NCBI GenBank assembly: GCA_963787835.1
Contig: CAWBEI010000004.1
Location: 288,001-352,000, forward strand
DNA length: 64,000 nucleotides
Direction: 5' to 3'
Source: Ignavibacteriota bacterium
GTDB lineage: Bacteria; Bacteroidota; Ignavibacteria; Palsa-1295
Below the pieces are notes generated by a model. The model was not told the DNA's origin. It saw only the letters and a list, made by a program, of their open reading frames with translations, and searched no databases. The position numbers were made by a program, and so were the translations under genes. Within the stretch, counting starts at the first letter, position 1, and the number at the start of each line of letters is the position of its first letter. Positions 57,678-64,000 of this stretch are shown piece by piece.

Positions 57678-59084
57678 CTAAAACTTTATTATCACATCTG
57701 CCCGTGGTGAGATGACGGTTTGCGTATGCAAATGTCCAGCGTTATCCACAGCGAAGGACCACTGGAAGTCTCCGATCAGCAGCAGCCATTTCCATGGTTT
57801 ATAAGTGATCTCGCCGATCATGATGGAGCGGTCATCGAGCGCGAAAAGATCTTCTACGCCATTGATCTCTTCGCGTGTGTAGATCAGGCGAAAATAGACG
57901 TTGTATGGAAGGTGCGGAAACACGACCTCGAGCTGCATCCAGTCCTGTCCCCTCAGATTATCGAGATGAAGGTAGCTTCCTTCAAATTGAAATTTGTCGT
58001 AGAGATTGACCATCGCTCCCGCTTTGAATCCATTTCCGTTTCCGCCTTCACTATCGTCGAGCGTCGTTAGTTTTGTAATATAATCGTATGGGCTGGCCTG
58101 GTCGTCGAATCGATCACGTTCGTAAAAGGTATTGTAATAGCTTGGCAAAAATTGACCTCGATACAGATCTCGTTCTGCCCTCAGATCGAGCAGGACGGAA
58201 TCCGTCAGCTCAAATGCCGTTCGTGCGCCGATCATGACTCCGTGGCTGAACTCTGGGAATGTAACATAATCCCCATAAACGCGACCCTCCGTTTTCTTTG
58301 ATTGCCAGAGCAGCGAAGAAATATCCGCGCCGAAGGTCTTTAGTGGTAACGGGAGGCGCGCGGAATCAGCATTCACTTGGTCGATGGTGTCCGTCGGATT
58401 TGCGGGATCAATGACACGCGTAACATACGGTGGATGATTCGGGATGATAAGTCCGGCACTGGTATCGAAATCGAATGCACCCGTAACCCCGATCTGGATA
58501 TTGCTTAGGAACCAATTGCTGGCAAGGATCGGAACGATTTGAAATGGCCGGGCGAATGGCCGTAAAGCAATGAGGCCGGGATGGAAGAAATCACTATTGA
58601 GAGCCTCCGCGCCTATAAAGCCGAGATCGAGACGTGCCTGACCACCAAAACGGCGATCGTCATACGAAGAATTATTCCAGTAATTACTGATGATCGTTCC
58701 ATTCCCTATGGAGGCAGATTCCAAGCCGCCCAGCCGCATATAAAAATCACCGTGCGGATGTCCATAGCTGATATAATTGAGCCAGCGGACATAATCATAG
58801 GTGTTATCCCAATCCTGTTTCCGAAATTGGCCATTCGTCCCGATAAGAATGTCGCCATCGATGCCAAGCTGCCAATCTTTATACTGCACTTGCGGCGCGA
58901 CGTGCAGCAGAAAATAGGGTGTCCCGTCGATAATGGTGGTTCCGGCACCAAGGGCAAGACCACGGTATGCCTCTGCGGGAGATTGATCCAAATGCAAACG
59001 ATCTTCGAGCGATTGGGCAAATACACTCGAAGCTGGAATCAACAGTAAGCCGAAAACAAATAGATTTTTTCGGTACGCAAACAT
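57678..59084 (-). CDS. Putative outer-membrane beta-barrel protein
   Basis: Signal peptide, amphipathic strands, C-terminal Phe; 'IGNGTII..Y.N' motif. Confidence 0.72.
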   Translation of the reverse strand: MFAYRKNLFVFGLLLIPASSVFAQSLEDRLHLDQSPAEAYRGLALGAGTTIIDGTPYFLLHVAPQVQYKDWQLGIDGDILIGTNGQFRKQDWDNTYDYVRWLNYISYGHPHGDFYMRLGGLESASIGNGTIISNYWNNSSYDDRRFGGQARLDLGFIGAEALNSDFFHPGLIALRPFARPFQIVPILASNWFLSNIQIGVTGAFDFDTSAGLIIPNHPPYVTRVIDPANPTDTIDQVNADSARLPLPLKTFGADISSLLWQSKKTEGRVYGDYVTFPEFSHGVMIGARTAFELTDSVLLDLRAERDLYRGQFLPSYYNTFYERDRFDDQASPYDYITKLTTLDDSEGGNGNGFKAGAMVNLYDKFQFEGSYLHLDNLRGQDWMQLEVVFPHLPYNVYFRLIYTREEINGVEDLFALDDRSIMIGEITYKPWKWLLLIGDFQWSFAVDNAGHLHTQTVISPRADVIIKF

Positions 59085-59099
59085 GAAACTAACCGGATG

Positions 59100-59645
59100 C
59101 TATGGAAAGAGCCATTTTACTAAGATCACACTCATAATAAGCGCAATAACGTCCGAAAAGATGCCCGCGAGGGGAGCATGCCGTGTACGGCGTATATTCA
59201 CGGAGCCAAAATACACGGCAAGCACGTAAAATGTCGTTTCATGGCTTCCCATCATCGCTCCGGAAAGCCGCCCCATAAAGCTATCGGGGCCGTGGGTCTT
59301 CATAATATCGGTCATCAGGCCAAGTGAGCCGGAACCGGATAAATTGCGGATGATGGCAAGTGGCATCAGTTCGCTCGGGAACCCCAACGCATTCGTTACC
59401 GGGCTGATCGCGGTTGTGAGAAGATCCATTGCGCCCGATGCGCGGAACATCCCGATGGCAACGAGCATCGCCACAAGATATGGGATAATGCGAACCGCCG
59501 TGGTAAATCCATCTTTCGCACCCTCTATAAATTCCTCATAGACCTTTACTTTACGAATGGCAGCAACGGCCACGACCGTAAATATAATAAGCGGTATTGC
59601 AGCGCTCGAAAGAATTTTGGTAATGATGATAAAGGGACTTTCCAT
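59100..59645 (-). CDS. spmB: SpmB family nucleoside-recognition (Gate) membrane protein
   Basis: VYEEFIEGAKDGF, IPYLVAMLVAIGMFRASGA, LSGSG, ETTFYVLAVYFGSV. Confidence 0.93.
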   Translation of the reverse strand: MESPFIIITKILSSAAIPLIIFTVVAVAAIRKVKVYEEFIEGAKDGFTTAVRIIPYLVAMLVAIGMFRASGAMDLLTTAISPVTNALGFPSELMPLAIIRNLSGSGSLGLMTDIMKTHGPDSFMGRLSGAMMGSHETTFYVLAVYFGSVNIRRTRHAPLAGIFSDVIALIMSVILVKWLFP

Positions 59646-60650
59646 TTAGGTCGTTGCCGTCCCTTCCATCCTTTTAATAGGAAAGAATCGTTGGATAAAT
59701 CTTGTAAATAAAACCCCAAGAATTAAACTGACGAACGTTGCCAAAAACGTTGGCATGATAATATCCGTTGGATTGGTAGAGCCAAGCGTAAGGCGAATAG
59801 CAATGACCGTTGCGGGCACAAGCGTAAGTGCCGTCGTATTGATCGTGAGGAACATGCACATCGAATTCGTTGCTGTTCCCGCTACGGGATTCAGCTTGTT
59901 TAATTCTTCCATCGCTTTCAATCCGAGCGGTGTGGCAGCATTGGAAAGCCCGAGGAAATTCGCTGCCATGTTCATCACCATCGCGCCCATCGCAGGATGA
60001 TCGGGCGGGACATCCGGGAACACTCGTATCATAATCGGCCTAACGATTCTCGCAAGCAAAAGGACAAGTCCAGCCGCTTCCGCGATCTTCATAATTCCCA
60101 GCCACAGCGCCATGATGCCGATAAGACCTATCGCAAGCGTAACCGCAGTGTCCGCCACTTTCAGGATACCATCGTTCGCTACTTTTGCAAGAACTCGAAA
60201 GTGAACGGTGGGCGGGGTAAAAAATAGCTCCCCCGCCTCTGTAAGAGCAGGGGGCTGGGGGGTAGTGTATTGCCCGATAATTTTCATCGCATCGCCACCG
60301 GCAGTGGCTGCATCCATCATCACTTGCGGAGCATTTGTAGGAAGTGTGATTGTGAGCGCACCCGATCTTACATTCGATTGCGATTGAAGCAGATCGGCAG
60401 TAAAGAAGACTGTATCGCCTTTAACGGACCTTGCTTCATCAGGGCCATAAAACCTAGCGATCTCAGATTTTGTGATAAAAGCCGTCCCAGTAAAGTGATT
60501 CGGCCCAGCAATCTTCAATCCTCCAGGGGCGATATGAAGCGCGATCGGTTCGTTATTTCGGAAACGATTGCTCGTCTCCTCGCTCACGTCACGCCCAACA
60601 GCTACGAAGATAGCAATAGTGATAAGTCCGAGCCAGATGTAATTCAGCAT
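59646..60650 (-). CDS. spmA: SpmA family membrane protein with an inserted soluble domain
   Basis: MLNYIW, LWLGIMKIAE, FPDVPPDHPA, ANFLGLSNAATPLGLKAM. Confidence 0.92.
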   Translation of the reverse strand: MLNYIWLGLITIAIFVAVGRDVSEETSNRFRNNEPIALHIAPGGLKIAGPNHFTGTAFITKSEIARFYGPDEARSVKGDTVFFTADLLQSQSNVRSGALTITLPTNAPQVMMDAATAGGDAMKIIGQYTTPQPPALTEAGELFFTPPTVHFRVLAKVANDGILKVADTAVTLAIGLIGIMALWLGIMKIAEAAGLVLLLARIVRPIMIRVFPDVPPDHPAMGAMVMNMAANFLGLSNAATPLGLKAMEELNKLNPVAGTATNSMCMFLTINTTALTLVPATVIAIRLTLGSTNPTDIIMPTFLATFVSLILGVLFTRFIQRFFPIKRMEGTATT

Positions 60651-60699
60651 ACTACGAAAATACGCACAATATGGAACGCCCACTTGTTAATGAGTAGAT

Positions 60700-61728
60700 A
60701 TGGCTTTCGATTCCTCAAAATACTCCATGGTAAAAGAAAACGTCGGATTATTCGACGCTTCGAATACTTATGGCCGACTTTTTGCAAAAGGCAAGGATGC
60801 GATCGACCTGCTGCACCGCATGTCCACAAACGATATGAAACCGCTTGAAGAGGCTATACCTCAAGCAGCGATTACGGTACTGACGAATGAAAAGGGGCGA
60901 TTCATCGATGTGCTAAAGGTGGTTCGTGATGGCAAGGGAGATGTTATACTTATCACGAGCAAGGGATTGGAAGAAACCGCCATTCGCTGGCTTGATAAGT
61001 TTACGATTATGGAGGACGCGCGATTTGAGCCTGCGACCGACAAGATCGTGCAATTCCTTATCTGTGGGCCTAATGCAACGGCAGTAGTTAGCCAATATGC
61101 TGGTCAGAATTTGAGAGAAGCCTCACGCGCCAGCGTTTTTGATCTGCAAATTGAGTCCATTCATGCTACGTTGGTAAAAGCTCCGAGCCTTGCTGGGAAT
61201 GGCTGGTTTATTCTAACGGCTTCCGATGCCGCTTCCAAAGTTTGGAGCAAACTTGAAACGGACGTTCTGGTCCATGATGGAGTGATTTTGGATTCCGAGC
61301 TTTTTGAAGTGTTACGAATCGAGAATGGAACCCCGATGGCCCCGAATGAAATAAATGACAAACATAATCCACTGGAACTCAAACTCGCTTCGGAAGCGGT
61401 AAGCTTCACGAAAGGCTGCTACATTGGCCAGGAAGTGATCGCTCGTCTCGACGCGCAAAATAAAGTTCAGCGGCAATTAGTAGGTTTGAAATTCGGAGAT
61501 CAGATGCCGCATGTTGGCGATAGGATCTCGGATGAATCGCTAATTGGAACTCCGCTTGGAGATGAAATTGGGGAAATTACAAGTCTTGCAAGTTCACCTG
61601 CGAACGGTAATATCGGATTGGGTTATGTGCGGGCTAAATATGCGAATCCCGGCACGATTGTTTCCGTAAAAGATAGCAAGGACAATACCGTGCCCGCAAC
61701 ACTCGTTCAATTGCCATTTCATGTCTGA
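60700..61728 (+). CDS. YgfZ/GcvT-like folate-binding protein
   Basis: SFTKGCYIGQEVIARL signature. Confidence 0.92.
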   Translation: MAFDSSKYSMVKENVGLFDASNTYGRLFAKGKDAIDLLHRMSTNDMKPLEEAIPQAAITVLTNEKGRFIDVLKVVRDGKGDVILITSKGLEETAIRWLDKFTIMEDARFEPATDKIVQFLICGPNATAVVSQYAGQNLREASRASVFDLQIESIHATLVKAPSLAGNGWFILTASDAASKVWSKLETDVLVHDGVILDSELFEVLRIENGTPMAPNEINDKHNPLELKLASEAVSFTKGCYIGQEVIARLDAQNKVQRQLVGLKFGDQMPHVGDRISDESLIGTPLGDEIGEITSLASSPANGNIGLGYVRAKYANPGTIVSVKDSKDNTVPATLVQLPFHV

Positions 61729-62876
61729 TATTCTGGAACTCGATGTAGTAGAAAACCCACTCCTTTTCAAGGAGGGGGAAGGGGGCGGTCTTGTTGCTGA
61801 AACAACTTCTGAAGAAGTGATACGCAGCATTCACTTGTTGAAAGATGAGTTGCGCGACAGGATCGTTATTCTCGGGCACCATTATCAGAGGGACGACATT
61901 ATCCAGTTCGCTGACCGGATGGGCGATTCCTTCGAGCTTTCCCGGTTTGCGTCGGAACTTCACGACCGGGAATTCATCATTTTCTGTGGCGTCCATTTTA
62001 TGGCTGAAACGGCGGACGTTTTGAGCGCGCCGCACCAGAAAGTAATCCTTCCCGACCTCAAAGCTGGTTGCTCGATGAGCGATATGGCCCGTGTGGAGCA
62101 GGTGCTCGATGTGTGGGATGAAATAGGGGGATATATCGATACGAAAAAAGTTTGCCCGATAACGTATATGAATTCCAGTGCCGCGATAAAAGCATTTTGC
62201 GGCGAGCATGGTGGCGCTGTTTCAACAGAGTTCCAACAATCGAGCGATCTTTCAGTGGGCGTTCGATCAGGGATTTGAAAAAGTATTCTTTTTCCCGGAC
62301 CAACATCTGGGGCGAAATACTGCATATTATCAGATGGGAATTCCGTTGGAGGAGATCAAGCTTTACGATCAAACCGCTCCGCTGGGAGGGCTAAGTCCAG
62401 CAGAATTAATAAATGCAAAGATTTTGCTTTGGCGCGGACATTGTTCTGTCCATCAGCATTTTCAGGCTTCGCATCCAAATATCATGCGTGCGCTGTATCC
62501 CGGCATTCAGGTGATGGTGCATCCCGAATGCAATTTCGAAGTGGTTCGGCAAGCCGATAAAGTCGGTTCGACGTCCTACATCATGAAGACGGTGGATACT
62601 GCTCCAGCGGGAAGTAAATGGGCCATTGGAACAGAGCATCATCTTGTTAATAGATTGAAGAAAGACCATCCGGAACAGTTCATTACCACGCTTGCGCCTT
62701 ATGCGTGCGAATGCGCAACTATGTATCGTATCTCGCCCGAATCCCTGCTGGATATTTTGGTGAATTTGAAGCAAGGTATTGTAATAAATCAGATCGTCGT
62801 TTCGGATTCGGAGAAAAAATGGGCGCATGTTGCGCTGGAGCGTATGTTGGAGATAACGAGTCGTGACCGAACATAA
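61721..62876 (+). CDS. nadA: Quinolinate synthase (frameshift near 62225, probably a sequence error)
   Basis: ILGHHYQR, FCGVHFMAETA, AGCSMSDMA, TYMNSSA / FPDQHLGRN, GHCSVH, HPEC, GSTSYI, GTEHHL, CECATM. Confidence 0.93.
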
Positions 62877-62991
62877 ACGAGTTTTCATCACCGGAGGCGT
62901 TCATCGCCTGGGTCTTCATATCGTATTCGGTTTTGCAGAGCATGGCGCAGTGCTCTGGCTTAACTATAATCATGCCACCGAGCGCAAATGA
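62863..62991 (+). pseudogene. Truncated SDR oxidoreductase (pteridine-reductase/FolM-like N-terminus)
   Basis: Hand translation from GTG 62863: MTEHKRVFITGGVHRLGLHIVFGFAEHGAVLWLNYNHATERK*; TGGxxRxG Rossmann start, stops after 42 aa. Confidence 0.7.
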
Positions 62992-63058
62992 ATTCTAAGT
63001 TTCGTTCGTTACAAAATACAGTATAACACTTTAGCACTCAGCACTTTAGTATTTCCTC

Positions 63059-64000
63059 ATGTCAGCAGTAAAACAACGCGCCGAGAAGGCCTATCTTAAC
63101 GAACAATTTCTCACGAGCCCTGAGGCGCGAGTGATCCGCTTACTTTCGGAATATATCGAACCACGTACGCGGCTTGCACACGCACGCGTGAAGGATACCA
63201 TTGTGTTCTTCGGTTCGGCGCGTATTTCAACGCCCGAAGAGGTTGATGCCGCACTGCACCAACTTGAGAATGCACGGACGCTCGCTAAACAAACCAACTC
63301 GCTCACTCCCGAAGTGGAAACGGAACTCGATGAAGCGGTCCGGCGCGCAACACGTCATAAGGAGCTAACGCGGTATTACGAAGAAGCGACCGAGCTTGCT
63401 CGTATCCTCACGGAATGGTCCATCACACAAGCGGCTGAGAGCTATGAAAAGGCACAGCTAACCAAGGGGATGGTTGCCGCCGCTCAGGTAAAAGAGCAAA
63501 TTCCCTACGTCGATGTCGAGATGATAAAGACGCACTCGTTCAAACAGCGTTACGTAATATGCTCCGGTGGGGGTCCCGGGATCATGGAAGCAGCCAACAG
63601 AGGCGCTATGCTCGCAGGCGGAAAAACGATCGGCTTTAACATCTCTCTCCCATTCGAACAAATGCCGAACAGCTTCATCACCGATGAACTGAACTTCGAG
63701 TTCCACTACTTCTTTATGCGCAAATTTTGGTTTGCGTACCTTGGGAAGGCACTTGTGGTGTTTCCCGGTGGGTTCGGAACTATGGATGAACTCTTCGAAT
63801 GCCTCACTCTTATTCAGACGGGTAAGATCAGGAAAAAGATGCCTGTCATCATGTATGGTAAGAGCTTTTGGGATGAAATCATTGACTTCGATAAACTTGC
63901 CTATTTTGGCATGATCTCCCGCAGCGATCTTAATCTTATCCATTTCTCCGACACACCTTTGGATGCATTTGAATACCTAAAGAGTGAACTTACCCGATTG
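63059..64000 (+). CDS. LOG (lysine-decarboxylase-like) family protein, runs off the right edge of the window
   Basis: Hand translation: TIVFFGSARI, CSGGGPGIMEAANRGA, LNISLPFEQ.PN, FHYFFMRKFWF, FPGGFGTMDELFE; open to 64000. Confidence 0.93.
   Translation, partial: MSAVKQRAEKAYLNEQFLTSPEARVIRLLSEYIEPRTRLAHARVKDTIVFFGSARISTPEEVDAALHQLENARTLAKQTNSLTPEVETELDEAVRRATRHKELTRYYEEATELARILTEWSITQAAESYEKAQLTKGMVAAAQVKEQIPYVDVEMIKTHSFKQRYVICSGGGPGIMEAANRGAMLAGGKTIGFNISLPFEQMPNSFITDELNFEFHYFFMRKFWFAYLGKALVVFPGGFGTMDELFECLTLIQTGKIRKKMPVIMYGKSFWDEIIDFDKLAYFGMISRSDLNLIHFSDTPLDAFEYLKSELTRL

Noticed and set aside
59100-60650. Sporulation capacity implied by spmAB
   Set aside because: SpmA/SpmB homologs are common in non-sporulating bacteria, and the window encodes LPS-transport and T9SS-type proteins.

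Overview
Bacterial chromosomal window with no intact prophage, integrase, transposase or CRISPR array. T9SS-type C-terminal domains, TAnnTTTG promoter boxes, AT-rich SD-less start regions and a half-length ClpB suggest an FCB-group organism of the Chlorobi/Ignavibacteria/Kapabacteria type (inference). Housekeeping genes include ribBA, yajC, hisS, lptB and an ostA-like gene, glmS, prfB with its programmed frameshift, alr-tsaE-tsaB, spmAB, a ygfZ-like gene, nadA and tRNA-Val(CAC). They are mixed with secreted T9SS cargo proteins, two toxin-antitoxin pairs and many palindromic repeats. Main candidates for new biology: (1) a tandem four-cassette array of secreted paralogs 3' of tRNA-Val, with conserved junctions, mosaic ends, two nonsense-inactivated copies and signal peptides that appear to be built from an intergenic 9-mer repeat; (2) a 2137-aa chimeric fibre with Cys-rich tail-fibre repeats, segmented collagen and YadA-like heads, but no recognisable export domain; (3) a CHAD / two thymidylate-kinase-like / Ppx operon that may be a non-canonical polyphosphate kinase system; (4) palindromic repeats read in frame at the 5' ends of the ostA-like gene and nadA; (5) a half-length ClpB; (6) a prfB shift site lacking the usual internal SD. 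Three frameshifts at 52-62 kb are probably sequencing errors. All product calls come from motif recognition by eye, not database searches.
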